Assembly (NCBI GenBank): GCA_964593885.1
Contig: CAZQKK010000002.1
Coordinates: forward strand, 157,204 to 221,203
Direction of reading: 5' to 3'
Length of the DNA: 64,000 nt
DNA from: an uncultured Candidatus Saccharibacteria bacterium
GTDB lineage: Bacteria; Patescibacteriota; UBA1384; CAILIB01
Under the pieces are notes generated by a model. That model was not told the origin of the DNA. It did not search any database and saw nothing but the letters and a program-made list of their open reading frames with translations. This document shows positions 1-9,928 of this stretch, one piece after another (the stretch's first letter is position 1; every line of letters starts with the position of its first letter). The position numbers and the translations under genes are program-made.

Positions 1-775
1 CATTTTTTCGGTCAAAAGAGAACATTAAGCCTCTGAGGAAAGGGGTGACCAACTGGCTCTTGTACACCTTAATTGCTCGCAGCTTCACCTTCTGCTCTTC
101 GTGGGTGAGGCTGAGGCTGCACCAGCCTGGCAACCCTCTCAGGTTTTTTGGGGGTACCATGAAAGCAGCTGGAAGGTGACCAAGTGGACGAGGAAACCTC
201 GAGTAGTGGATGAGCGAAACAAACGACTTACAGAGAGGAAGCAGCCCCTCATCCGTAATTTTCTGGATAATCCTCCCCAACACCGCGTGGTCTGGGTGGG
301 TGTCTAGGGGATCGGTCACAATAATTACCGTAGGAATGAAAGCTCTCACCTCAGCTTCAAGCTGTTCGCCCAGTGGCTGAGCGTAACGGTGGAGACTGCC
401 ATCAGGGAAGTTGTAGAAGCTAATGGCACCATCAGATAACCCACAGCAGCGCAGGGCTTCGGTTACCTCTCGTTTTCGCCTCACCTTTTTTCCACGCTTG
501 TTTCCGTCTGTTGCCATCACCACGTGGATGGTGGCTCCAGCTCTGATTGCCCGCTGCATGTAGCCACCCGCTGCAAGGGTTTCATCATCTTTATGGGGAA
601 CGATGATTAGAATTCTGTCAGTTGAGGTTGGCTCAGGAAAATTAGGAAGGTAACTGACGATTTTCTTGTGGAGGGGAGACTCACCAGTGCGGTACGCCAA
701 GAGTTTCCGCGGGCTGAGCACATGGGCGGTGGCGGTAATTGGGTTCTCGTGAACGTACTCTAGGAAGCTCTTCAT
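1..775 (-). CDS. PIG-L/LmbE-family deacetylase (3' end runs off window)
   Basis: Minus-strand ORF starting at ATG (rc of cat 773-775) in an ATGA overlap with the stop of the upstream GT4 gene. Translation MKSFLEYVHENPITATAHV...IIVPHKDDETLAAGGYM...DPLDTHPDHAVLG shows the paired PHxDDE / HPDH metal-binding motifs of the LmbE/PIG-L fold. Absent from ORF table because no stop lies inside the window. Confidence 0.55.
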   Translation of the reverse strand, partial: MKSFLEYVHENPITATAHVLSPRKLLAYRTGESPLHKKIVSYLPNFPEPTSTDRILIIVPHKDDETLAAGGYMQRAIRAGATIHVVMATDGNKRGKKVRRKREVTEALRCCGLSDGAISFYNFPDGSLHRYAQPLGEQLEAEVRAFIPTVIIVTDPLDTHPDHAVLGRIIQKITDEGLLPLCKSFVSLIHYSRFPRPLGHLPAAFMVPPKNLRGLPGWCSLSLTHEEQKVKLRAIKVYKSQLVTPFLRGLMFSFDRKN

Positions 776-1947
776 ACGGCAAGACTATGCTTGATGCTTT
801 CAGCGTAGAGCTCTAGGAACTTCTCAAGTACCTCATCCATGTTGTGGTGCTTGAGGCTTGCCTGTCCTTCTCGCCCCATTTCACGTGCCTTCTCTGGGTG
901 GGTGAGGAGGTGGACAATCTTTGCCGCAAAGCCTGAAACATCGGTTGGCTCTACCAGGTAGCCATTCCTCCCGTGGTGGACCAGCTCAGGGAGAGCTCCC
1001 TCGTTAGACGCAACCACGGGAAGGCCGCTGGCAATTGCTTCCATGGTAACCAAGCTCTGGGTCTCAATGGTTGAGGGGATCACAAACACCGAAGCCCGGT
1101 GGTACACCTGGTGGAAGTGTTCGCTCCCGTAGGGAAGCTTACCCACACACATCACAGACTTTTCGAGGCCTCTCTCGGCAATCCAGCGGTGAATTTTCTT
1201 GACGTGCTCACCTGGACCCACCAAGACGTAGAGAACATTGGGGATCTTATCAATCACCCAAGGAACCGTCTCAAGGAGTGTGAAGATGTTCTTATCCTGG
1301 TCAAGCCTACCCACGTGGAGAACAACGGGTCTGCCTTCAGGAATCCGAGACCACTCCTCACTTGGCTTCTTCTTAAACTGCTCAAGCCTAATACCGTTAG
1401 AGATAACCTTAAAGTCTGCGGTTACCCCATCGTGGTGGAGCTCTGAAGCAACACTTCTAGTAGGACAGGTGACGTAGTCACACTGTTCCAGGAAGTGGTT
1501 GAGGAACATGATAAGTGCCTTGTGGGTGAGTGGCGACATGAAAGCCAGAGGCTTGAGGTACGCTAAAATGAAGCCTGTAAGGAAGTGCTGGGTAGCAATG
1601 ACAGGAACCCCGTTCTTCTTGGCTGCCTTGAGGACTGATGTAGGAACCCCGCTTGGTGACTGGAGGTGGACTACATCAGGCTTGAAGTCACTGAAAGCCA
1701 CCTCAACCTTGCTGTAGGGCCTGATGGCAATACGAGTCTTTTTCCTGCCAAAGGGGTTGGGGAGCGAAGGAAACCGGTAGATCTCGATGCCGTTCTTCTT
1801 CTGGTGCTGGTAGAGCCCACTGGTACTAGGAGCAAAGATTGCCACCTGGTGACCTCGAGCCACCAACTCTTCCGCAAGGTTGTGGGTAAAAATAACAACC
1901 CCAGAGATGACGGGGTAGTAGGTTTCTGTAGCAAGGAGGATACGCAT
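772..1947 (-). CDS. GT4-family glycosyltransferase
   Basis: 391 aa. C-terminal GT-B motifs VGRLDQDKNI and EGFPLVLLEA-like segment GLPVVASNEGALPELV (E-x7-E region). Confidence 0.8.
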   Translation of the reverse strand: MRILLATETYYPVISGVVIFTHNLAEELVARGHQVAIFAPSTSGLYQHQKKNGIEIYRFPSLPNPFGRKKTRIAIRPYSKVEVAFSDFKPDVVHLQSPSGVPTSVLKAAKKNGVPVIATQHFLTGFILAYLKPLAFMSPLTHKALIMFLNHFLEQCDYVTCPTRSVASELHHDGVTADFKVISNGIRLEQFKKKPSEEWSRIPEGRPVVLHVGRLDQDKNIFTLLETVPWVIDKIPNVLYVLVGPGEHVKKIHRWIAERGLEKSVMCVGKLPYGSEHFHQVYHRASVFVIPSTIETQSLVTMEAIASGLPVVASNEGALPELVHHGRNGYLVEPTDVSGFAAKIVHLLTHPEKAREMGREGQASLKHHNMDEVLEKFLELYAESIKHSLAV

Positions 1948-1973
1948 CGGAAAAGGAGGTTGCGATTTGCGAA

Positions 1974-3068
1974 TCAGGAAAGGTGAGCCAACAGAGCGGC
2001 TGCAGTAGCCTTAGCTGTTACCTTCCAAGTATACCTTTTGAGGCGTTTTGTTCCAAGAGAAATGAGAGCTTCACGCTTAGCCTGAGACTCAATCTCCTCA
2101 AAGGCATCTACCCAAGCTGCGGGACTCATGGGTGCCACTAGGATACCCGCATCTCCCACTACCTCGGGTACCGCTCCAGCATCGCTCCCTAAGACTGGCA
2201 CCCCAGCCTCAAATGCTTCCAGGACTGGGAGTCCAAAGCCTTCGTAGGGAGAAGGAACAACGCACGCTGTTGCATGAGCATAGAGCCAGGCACGCTCTTG
2301 GTCAGTGACGTATCCTAGGAGCTTAATCGCACTACCGAGCTCATCGGGAAGCTGACCAACCAAGCTGTAGACGGCTCCGGCGCCAAAACCAGGTGAGCCC
2401 GCTATTACCAATGAGAGCTTGCCACCATTCTGACGGTACAAGGCAAATGACCTAATGATCGTTTCAAGATTTTTCTTCGCCTCCACCCTCCCAATGGCAA
2501 GTAAGTAGCGCTTTGGGATGGCGTGCTTTGGTGGCTGACTTACCGTATCTAGCTCAGTAGTTTGAGCAAGAGGAGTGACGGTGAGGAGAGGCTGTGGAAT
2601 GCCCCAGAGCTTCCTCACAGACTCTGAAACGAAGTGACTTGGGGTGAGCACCACCGATGCCTGCCTTGCTGCAGACTTTAAAATGAGCCCCAACCTCAGC
2701 CTGTCTGAAGGAGTGTAGGCGAGGGGTACCTGGTACACCGAGAGATCGTGCACCGTTACCGCTGTCTTGCACTTGAGCCTGAGGGGAGGAATGCCAGATG
2801 GGGTGAAGTAGAGTGATGGCTGGTACTCCCTAATAGCCTTCCGTGGGGCGAAGTTACCCCAGAGCCTGCGGTAAGGAATGAGCACCTGCTTAGCCTTACT
2901 GAGGGGGTCGCCATCTGGGATGGCTTCGCTCCTGAGGTAGAGGGGAGTAACCCCAGCTTCTCGTAGTTCTCGATCTAAAAGGGGGAGGAGACAGTCTACG
3001 TAACGCTCTACACCGGTGGGTCTTTCAGCACGGTAGTGAGAGGCGTCTATCAAGATTGACGATTTCAT
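1974..3068 (-). CDS. GT4-family glycosyltransferase
   Basis: 364 aa. Segment PSPYEGFGLPVLEAFEAGVPVLGSDAGAVPEVVGDAG is a classic GT4 donor-binding region. Tandem with the previous GT. Confidence 0.8.
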   Translation of the reverse strand: MKSSILIDASHYRAERPTGVERYVDCLLPLLDRELREAGVTPLYLRSEAIPDGDPLSKAKQVLIPYRRLWGNFAPRKAIREYQPSLYFTPSGIPPLRLKCKTAVTVHDLSVYQVPLAYTPSDRLRLGLILKSAARQASVVLTPSHFVSESVRKLWGIPQPLLTVTPLAQTTELDTVSQPPKHAIPKRYLLAIGRVEAKKNLETIIRSFALYRQNGGKLSLVIAGSPGFGAGAVYSLVGQLPDELGSAIKLLGYVTDQERAWLYAHATACVVPSPYEGFGLPVLEAFEAGVPVLGSDAGAVPEVVGDAGILVAPMSPAAWVDAFEEIESQAKREALISLGTKRLKRYTWKVTAKATAAALLAHLS

Positions 3069-3084
3069 ACCTTTAGCCTATAGT
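3056..3084 (+). promoter_or_regulatory. candidate sigma70-type promoter TTGACG-N17-TATAGT upstream of nusA
   Basis: ttgacg at 3056-3061, 17-nt spacer, tatagt at 3079-3084. Confidence 0.4.
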
Positions 3085-3095
3085 AATTTTGCACT

Positions 3096-3124
3096 GAAGT
3101 CGATGAGAATCGACTTCTTTTTTT
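3096..3124 (+). terminator. intrinsic terminator-like hairpin inside nusA 5' leader (candidate attenuator)
   Basis: gaagtcgat-gaga-atcgacttc perfect 9-bp stem followed by tttttt, located between the predicted promoter and the nusA ATG at 3152. Confidence 0.45.
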
Positions 3125-3151
3125 AACCCAGAAACCCGTAATCCACCAGCT

Positions 3152-4249
3152 ATGGCCGTCTCCGCATTCCTCGCTGCAATCCAGCAGCTCAGCCTCGAGA
3201 AAAACATCCCAGAAGAGCGCATTTTTGAAACCGTTGAAGCCGCAATTGCCGCTGCCTACAGGCGTGACTACGGTCAGCCGGAACAACACATCCGGGTCAC
3301 CATGGACCGTGAAGACGGTGGTTTCAAGGTATTCCAGGTCTTCGACGTAGTAGAAACCCCAGAAGAGGTTGAGGAAGACCAGCGTCAGATCACCGTTGAG
3401 GAAGCCCGCAAAGACAAGGCAGACCTCAACGTAGGGGATGAGTACATCATTTCGCTCCCATTCCACGACGATTTTGGCCGCATCGCCGCCCAGACCGCAA
3501 AGCAGGTTATCGTTCAGCGCATCCGCGAGGCGGAGCGAGAGATCCTCTTCGAGGAGTTCAAGCAGAAGGAGAACCAGCTCCTCAACGGTTCAGTACAGCA
3601 GCTTGAGGGAGACACCGTCGTGGTGAGCCTCGGCAAGGTAAACGCCATCATGCCACCTCGTGAGCAGATCAGGGGCGAATACTACAGCACTGGTCAGCGC
3701 ATCCGCGTCTTCGTTAAGGAAGTTGCAGAGAGCGGCCGCGGACCTCAAATCATCGTTACCCGCTCAGACTCACGTTTCATTGAAGCCCTCTTCGGTATGG
3801 AAGTACCTGAAATCCAAGCTGGTACCGTTGAGATTCGTGCAATCAGCCGTGAAGGCGGATCACGTACCAAGATGGCAGTATTCTCAGACAACGACGCCAT
3901 TGATCCAGTTGGGTCATGTGTTGGTCAGCGTGGAACCCGTGTCCAGGCAGTCCTCAACGAGATTGGTGACGAGAAAATCGACATCATCCTCTGGGACGAC
4001 AACACCGAGCAGTTCATTAGGAACGCCCTCTCACCTGCAAAGATTCGCGCCATCCATATTGATGAGGAAGCCAAGGTTGCAAAGGTTGAGGTTGACGTAG
4101 ACCAGCTCTCCCTTGCCATCGGACGTGGTGGCCAGAACGTCAGGCTCGCCTCAAAGCTTACCGGCTACGCCCTCGATATTCTCCGTGACGAAATCCCAGG
4201 CGAAGCAGCAGAAGCAGCGACAGCACCTGAGGCCACCCCAGAAGCGTAA
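3152..4249 (+). CDS. nusA: transcription termination/antitermination factor NusA
   Basis: 365 aa. N-terminal MAVSAFLAAIQQLSLEKNIPEE. S1 region IRVFVKEVAESGRGPQIIVTRS. KH regions GSCVGQRGTRVQAVLNEIGDEKIDII and IGRGGQNVRLASKLTG. Confidence 0.9.
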   Translation: MAVSAFLAAIQQLSLEKNIPEERIFETVEAAIAAAYRRDYGQPEQHIRVTMDREDGGFKVFQVFDVVETPEEVEEDQRQITVEEARKDKADLNVGDEYIISLPFHDDFGRIAAQTAKQVIVQRIREAEREILFEEFKQKENQLLNGSVQQLEGDTVVVSLGKVNAIMPPREQIRGEYYSTGQRIRVFVKEVAESGRGPQIIVTRSDSRFIEALFGMEVPEIQAGTVEIRAISREGGSRTKMAVFSDNDAIDPVGSCVGQRGTRVQAVLNEIGDEKIDIILWDDNTEQFIRNALSPAKIRAIHIDEEAKVAKVEVDVDQLSLAIGRGGQNVRLASKLTGYALDILRDEIPGEAAEAATAPEATPEA

Positions 4250-4260
4250 CTTCATACCCC

Positions 4261-6711
4261 ATGCCCGCTATCTTTGGCAGGTTCAGCCGCCAGAGTGAAG
4301 CTGTTCTCATTGAGGCTCAGCGTATTGCGGAACGATTGAGCCGACCAGTCCAGAGCGACATCGTTCTCCTGAGTATCCTCTCCCAGACAGCAACACCAGC
4401 TGGCGAGCTCCTCAAACACCTCGGCGCTACCTATAGCGCAATTTTCGACCAACTCCCGCCCCTCCCAAACACCCTTGAGGACGAACTCCCAGGGCAGTCT
4501 CGGGAGATGCAGCTCTTACTCGAAGAGAGTATTAAGCTTGCCGGGAAGTACCGTTTCAACCTGGTAGAACTTGAGCACATCCTCTATGTCATCTGTAAGG
4601 ATGACAAGTACCTGGGACGAATTGTCCTAGAGAAAGCAGGGATTGACCCTGATGCTGTTGTCATTCGCCTGAGCGAGTGGCTCTTGAGTATGGCTGCCCT
4701 CAACCAGGGTGTGGGACGAAGCCAGCAAGGCCAACAGTCTTCTGAACAGGTCCAGGAGAGCGAGTTAGACAAGTACACCACCAACCTCACCGAGCTTGCC
4801 TACGATGGTGAGCTTGACCCTGTTGTGGGGAGGGAAACCGAGCTCGACCAGCTCATCCACATCCTCCTGAGGCGCAAGAAAAACAACCCGCTCCTCATTG
4901 GAGAACCCGGGGTTGGTAAGACTGCCCTCGTAGATGCCCTCGCCCAGCGTATTGTTGCTGGTAAGGTTCCGGCTGCCCTCAGGGGGAAGCGCATCCTCAC
5001 CGTAGACCTGAGCGCCATTGTTGCAGGCACCATGTACCGTGGTCAGTTTGAAGAGAGGCTCAAGAACCTCGTGCAGGAAACCATTTCCCTCGGTGAGTGC
5101 ATCCTCTTCATTGACGAAATCCACACCCTCACCGGCACAGGCTCAAGCGAGGGAGGTTTTGACGCGGCAAACATTCTCAAACCAGCCCTGGCGAGAGGAG
5201 AACTATCGCTCATTGGTGCCACCACCCACGAGGAATACAGGAAGCACATCAGGAAAGACAAGGCTCTGGACAGGCGCTTCCAGACTATCCAGGTGAATGA
5301 ACCTTCAGCTAAGGAAGCAATCGCCATGCTGAGAGGTACCAAGAAGCAGCTTGAGGTCCACCACGCCGTCACGATAACCGATGAGGCAATCAAGTCTGCC
5401 GTAGAACTCTCCACCCGCTACATCCACGACAGGTTCCTTCCAGACAAGGCCGTGGACATTCTTGATGAAGCAGCCACCCTCCACGCTGAGGTATCTGAGG
5501 GGAGCGAAGACATGCGCGCCCTGGAGCGAGAGCTCAGCTTCCTGGTAAGTCAGAAAGTTACCGTTATCTCCCAGGCAATGAGCACCGAGGATTGGGACCT
5601 CGCCAAAGAGCTCACCGAGAAAGAGTCACAGCTCAAGAAACAGCTAGCCACCCTCAGTAAGCAGAGTAGGAAGCGAAGACAAACAGTTTCGGTAACTTCT
5701 GCAGATGTCTCCAAGGTTGTATCAAGGCGCACAGGGGTTCCACTTGAACAGGTGCAGCAAACCCTCGAACCCCTTGATGTCTCGCGCATTCAAAAAGTTA
5801 TGGAAAGGCACGTCTACGGACAGGGAGATGCCATCAAGAAGGTAAGTCAGGCGCTCCTGAGGTCACAGCTAGGTTTCCAGACTGGCAAGAAGCCAATGGG
5901 AAGCTTCCTCTTTGTAGGACCTACGGGAACCGGTAAAACCGAAACTGCCCGCATCCTCGCGCGCGAGGTATTTGGCGACACAAACGCCCTCGTCAAGGTA
6001 GACATGAGTGAGTACATGGAGCGTCACTCGGTGAGCAACTTGGTTGGAGCTCCTGCAGGGTACGTTGGATTTGAGCAAGGAGGATCTCTCACCGAACAAG
6101 TTGGAAGGAGACCTTACAGCGTCGTCCTCTTTGACGAAGTTGAGAAAGCCCACCCCGATGTCTTCAACCTCCTCCTCCAGATCCTCGAAGATGGAATACT
6201 CACCGACAACACAGGGCGTGTTACCTCGTTTGAGCACACCCTCATCATCATGACCTCAAACATTGGGATGCGAAGCTTCAATGCGGCTTCGCGTATTGGA
6301 TTTGAGACCAGCTCAAACGATGCCGCCAGTAAACAGGCAGAGCTTGAGGCTCACATTGGAGCCCAAATCAAAGACTTCTTTAAACCAGAACTCCTAGGCA
6401 GGCTCTCGGCGACAGTCTTCTTCAAGCCACTTGATAGAACTGTAGTTGAGAAGCTGGTGAAGCGACGCACTGCCGAGCTTCGCAACATCCTCAAGAAGCG
6501 GTCAGTAGAGCTGGTGGTTGAACCAAGCTTCACTACCTGGGTAGCCGAAAAGTACTCACCTGAAGCTGGAGCCAGGAGCATTGAGAAGATCTTCATGCAT
6601 GAGGTTGAGCCAGAGCTCATTACCGCGGTGCTGGAGCATCCAGGAAAGACCCTCCACCTCACCGCCGAGCATGGTATCCTGAAGGTACTCGCTCCCACCC
6701 CAACTCCCTAA
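4261..6711 (+). CDS. clpC: Clp/Hsp100 AAA+ chaperone ATPase, ClpC-like (two NBDs, short middle linker)
   Basis: 816 aa. Clp_N repeats. NBD1 Walker A GEPGVGKTALVDALAQRI. NBD2 Walker A GPTGTGKTETARILA. Short linker rather than the long ClpB M-domain. Confidence 0.85.
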   Translation: MPAIFGRFSRQSEAVLIEAQRIAERLSRPVQSDIVLLSILSQTATPAGELLKHLGATYSAIFDQLPPLPNTLEDELPGQSREMQLLLEESIKLAGKYRFNLVELEHILYVICKDDKYLGRIVLEKAGIDPDAVVIRLSEWLLSMAALNQGVGRSQQGQQSSEQVQESELDKYTTNLTELAYDGELDPVVGRETELDQLIHILLRRKKNNPLLIGEPGVGKTALVDALAQRIVAGKVPAALRGKRILTVDLSAIVAGTMYRGQFEERLKNLVQETISLGECILFIDEIHTLTGTGSSEGGFDAANILKPALARGELSLIGATTHEEYRKHIRKDKALDRRFQTIQVNEPSAKEAIAMLRGTKKQLEVHHAVTITDEAIKSAVELSTRYIHDRFLPDKAVDILDEAATLHAEVSEGSEDMRALERELSFLVSQKVTVISQAMSTEDWDLAKELTEKESQLKKQLATLSKQSRKRRQTVSVTSADVSKVVSRRTGVPLEQVQQTLEPLDVSRIQKVMERHVYGQGDAIKKVSQALLRSQLGFQTGKKPMGSFLFVGPTGTGKTETARILAREVFGDTNALVKVDMSEYMERHSVSNLVGAPAGYVGFEQGGSLTEQVGRRPYSVVLFDEVEKAHPDVFNLLLQILEDGILTDNTGRVTSFEHTLIIMTSNIGMRSFNAASRIGFETSSNDAASKQAELEAHIGAQIKDFFKPELLGRLSATVFFKPLDRTVVEKLVKRRTAELRNILKKRSVELVVEPSFTTWVAEKYSPEAGARSIEKIFMHEVEPELITAVLEHPGKTLHLTAEHGILKVLAPTPTP

Positions 6712-6720
6712 ATAACTACA

Positions 6721-7971
6721 ATGGCTAACCTACAGACCCCACGGGGCACCCGAGACATCCTGCCAGACCAGCAGGCTCTCTGGGATTTTGTTAAAGCTAC
6801 CGGCGTACGTGTCTCTAGCTCACTTGGCTTCGCCCCCATCACTACCCCTACCTACGAGTACCGTGAGCTCTTTGAGAGAGCTATTGGCGAAGGTACCGAC
6901 GTCATGGATAAAGAACTCTTTTTGCTGAGGAGCAGGGGAACCGAAGCCGGCAAAGAAGAGTACGCCCTTCGCCCTGAAGGAACCGCTGGTATTGTCAGAT
7001 CATACATTGAGAATGGCATGCACACCTGGCCACAGCCGGTGAAACTCACCAGTTTCATCAACTGTTTCAGGTACGACAGACCTCAGAAAGGCAGGTACCG
7101 CGAGCACGTCCAGTTTGACCTTGAGCTCTTTGGAGAGAAGGGTCCCTTTTCTGACGCGCTAATCATCCTCGCCACCTACAGGTTCCTCACCGAGCTTGGT
7201 CTCAAAGACCTCAAACTCCAGCTCAACAGCCTTGGAGTGCTAGAGGAGCGAAACGCCTACCAGGCTGCACTTGTAGCAGCCCTTACGGATAAAAAATCAG
7301 AGCTCTCAGAGGATTCTCAGAAGCGCCTCGAGACCAACCCGCTGCGTATCCTAGACAGCAAAGATACTAAGGATCAGGCGCTGCTAGGGAGCATTCCAGC
7401 CCTTTCTACCTTCTTCAGCCCAGAGACAACCGAGCACTTTGCAAAGGTGCAGGAGTACCTGAAAGCCTGGCAGATTCCTTTTGAACTCAACCCCCGCCTG
7501 GTGCGCGGACTAGACTACTACTCGCACACCGCCTTTGAGTGGACCACCGAAGGAGCTGGAGGACAGCAGTCATCACTTGGGGGAGGTGGCAGGTACGACG
7601 GCCTGATCACCCAGCTGGGTGGTAAAGACTGTGGCGCCGTTGGTGCAGGCATCGGCCTCGATAGGGTAGTAGAGGAGCTTGAGAGGCAGGGAATTACCCC
7701 GCCTGCTGACACCAGCACTGAAACAGTTGCAGTTATTGTTGCTTCACCCGCTGCAGCCGTTACGGCAGCAGGGCTTGTGAGCAAGTTCCTCTGGGAGGGA
7801 AAGAAAGTTGTCGCCAACTTTGACCGCGAGAACGTAGGTTCCCAGTTCAAGCAGGCAGACCGCGCCGGAGCAGCAAAAGCCTACATCCTAGGGGACGAAG
7901 AGCTGGCAAACCACACCGTTACCGTAAAAGACCTCACCAACGGGGAGCAGCACACAGAGCCACTAACCTAG
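6721..7971 (+). CDS. hisS: histidyl-tRNA synthetase
   Basis: 416 aa. MANLQTPRGTRDILPDQQALW class II motif 1 region. HisRS-specific GGGGRYDGL. Confidence 0.9.
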   Translation: MANLQTPRGTRDILPDQQALWDFVKATGVRVSSSLGFAPITTPTYEYRELFERAIGEGTDVMDKELFLLRSRGTEAGKEEYALRPEGTAGIVRSYIENGMHTWPQPVKLTSFINCFRYDRPQKGRYREHVQFDLELFGEKGPFSDALIILATYRFLTELGLKDLKLQLNSLGVLEERNAYQAALVAALTDKKSELSEDSQKRLETNPLRILDSKDTKDQALLGSIPALSTFFSPETTEHFAKVQEYLKAWQIPFELNPRLVRGLDYYSHTAFEWTTEGAGGQQSSLGGGGRYDGLITQLGGKDCGAVGAGIGLDRVVEELERQGITPPADTSTETVAVIVASPAAAVTAAGLVSKFLWEGKKVVANFDRENVGSQFKQADRAGAAKAYILGDEELANHTVTVKDLTNGEQHTEPLT

Positions 7972-8002
7972 CCTCAAATCTGGTGACGTGGTAAGCTGGG
8001 TT

Positions 8003-8566
8003 ATGGAAACACCAATCGTCCTCATCACCGGATTCTCAGGCGCTGGCAAAACTACCCTCTACGAAAACCTCATGGCCCTGCACGGAGATCAGCTCCACAG
8101 GGTCATTTCTACTACCACCAGAACTCCCCGTGAAGGCGAGGTAAACGGCAAAGACTACCACTTCACCAGCCCCGAGGCATTCATAGCCGATAGGGACGCG
8201 GGGATGTTTTTTGAATCCAGCCAACACTACGGACACTACTACGGCTCAACCTCGCCAGAGTTTATTTCGCTCCCAGATGGCAAGATTCCACTCTACATCT
8301 TGGACCCCAAAGGGGTGAGCGAATTTACCAGTAGGTACCCAAACGCAGAGCCTTTCTTCCTCCACATCTCGCGGGCAGAGCAACTCCAACGTCTCCAGAA
8401 CCGAAATCACGAGGAACACCTCATCCAAGAGAGGCTCCAGCGGTATGACCTTGAGGACGCAATACTCAAGGCAGAAGCTGACAAACTCCATATTCTTCCC
8501 CATGAAACTGTCGAGGATCTCAATAATGCCGTAGAATACATGAGAAGAAAGCTAAACCTAGGATAA
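8003..8566 (+). CDS. gmk: guanylate kinase
   Basis: P-loop GFSGAGKTTL. TTRTPREGEVNGKDYHFTSPEAF GMP-binding signature. ORF table start 7988 is a GTG, ATG at 8003 preferred. Confidence 0.85.
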   Translation: METPIVLITGFSGAGKTTLYENLMALHGDQLHRVISTTTRTPREGEVNGKDYHFTSPEAFIADRDAGMFFESSQHYGHYYGSTSPEFISLPDGKIPLYILDPKGVSEFTSRYPNAEPFFLHISRAEQLQRLQNRNHEEHLIQERLQRYDLEDAILKAEADKLHILPHETVEDLNNAVEYMRRKLNLG

Positions 8567-8573
8567 CTACGAC

Positions 8574-9926
8574 ATGAAACTAACGTTCTGTGGGGCAAAC
8601 CGTGAGGTAACTGGATCCTGCTACCATATCGCCACTTCATCCGCCAAAATTGTCGTAGACTGCGGCATGTTCCAAGGTGGGAGATTCGCTGAAGAAAAGA
8701 ACCACCAAGACTTTCCCTTTGATGCAAGTAAGGTTGATGCCGTAGTGCTCACCCACGCCCACTTTGACCACACCGGCCGCCTGCCAAAGCTCTACCACGC
8801 TGGATTCAGGGGAAAGATCTTCTGCACCTCGCCAAGCAGTGCCCTGGCAATGATTACACTGAGGGATGCCGTACACCTCATGGACGAAGAAGCTGAGAGG
8901 CACAACGTTGAACCTCTCTACACTGCCGAAGACGTTGAGCCTCTAGAGGAGATGTGGGAGCACATTCCGTACCACGAAGAGCGCCAGATTGTTCCTGGTG
9001 TTTCTGTCATCCTCGCCGACGCAGGGCACATCCTCGGATCAGCGTGTGTAAGGATCATGGCAGATGGAAAGTCTGTAGTGTTCTCTGGTGACCTCGGAAA
9101 CACCCCAGTTCCACTCCTCAAGAGCGCCGAGTGCCTCATAGGCGCCGACGTAGTGGTGATTGAGTCTACCTACGGCAACCGTGTCCACGAGGGCGTAGAG
9201 CAACGGGTTGATTTCCTTCGCCGCGCCATCCTGGATACGGTGAGGAACAAGGGAGTGCTGATGGTGCCAGCTTTCGCCATTGAGCGAACCCAGGAGCTCC
9301 TCTACGAGCTCAACCACCTCCACAGCGAAGGCAAGATTCCAAACCTCCCCATCTTCCTAGATAGTCCCATGGCCATCCGGGCAACCGAGGTGTTCAGAGC
9401 TAACACCGATTTCCTTGACGAGGTAGCCAAGGCAGACCTCAACCGTTACGGTGACCTCTTCAGCTTCCCCGGACTCGTGAGTACCCCAAGTAGCACCGAA
9501 TCCAAGCACATCCTCCAGGTGAAGGGTCCCAAGGTGATTGTGGCAGGATCGGGAATGATGAACGGTGGAAGAATCCTCCACCACCTCAAGAACTACCTGG
9601 AGCAAAAGACCACCATCCTCGCCATCATTGGCTTCCAGGTTGAAGGCAGCTTGGGACGAAGGCTCCACGAGGGAGAACGTGACGTGAAGATCTTCGGCCA
9701 AGATGTCCACGTCCATGGCGAGGTCCGAAGCTGCGGCGCCTTCTCAGGTCACGCAGACTACCCACGCCTCATGCAGTGGCTCCACTGCTTCCAGAGCCAA
9801 CCTCCAAAACAGGTGTACGTCACTCACGGTGAAGAACGTGCAGCCGTTGCTTTCTCACAGTCTGTCCAAGAGCAGCTCAACATTCCAACCACCGTTCCTA
9901 GTCTTGGCGATACGGTTGAGATTTAA
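8574..9926 (+). CDS. metallo-beta-lactamase / beta-CASP fold ribonuclease (RNase J-like / CPSF-like)
   Basis: 450 aa. HAHFDHTG motif 2. Later Asp/His motifs (DAGHILGSA, GHAD). Size and layout typical of beta-CASP RNA-metabolising MBL enzymes. Confidence 0.7.
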   Translation: MKLTFCGANREVTGSCYHIATSSAKIVVDCGMFQGGRFAEEKNHQDFPFDASKVDAVVLTHAHFDHTGRLPKLYHAGFRGKIFCTSPSSALAMITLRDAVHLMDEEAERHNVEPLYTAEDVEPLEEMWEHIPYHEERQIVPGVSVILADAGHILGSACVRIMADGKSVVFSGDLGNTPVPLLKSAECLIGADVVVIESTYGNRVHEGVEQRVDFLRRAILDTVRNKGVLMVPAFAIERTQELLYELNHLHSEGKIPNLPIFLDSPMAIRATEVFRANTDFLDEVAKADLNRYGDLFSFPGLVSTPSSTESKHILQVKGPKVIVAGSGMMNGGRILHHLKNYLEQKTTILAIIGFQVEGSLGRRLHEGERDVKIFGQDVHVHGEVRSCGAFSGHADYPRLMQWLHCFQSQPPKQVYVTHGEERAAVAFSQSVQEQLNIPTTVPSLGDTVEI

Positions 9927-9928
9927 GG

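Noticed and set aside
101-307. 68-aa plus-strand ORF at window start
   Set aside because: Lies antisense within the much better supported PIG-L/LmbE deacetylase reading frame.
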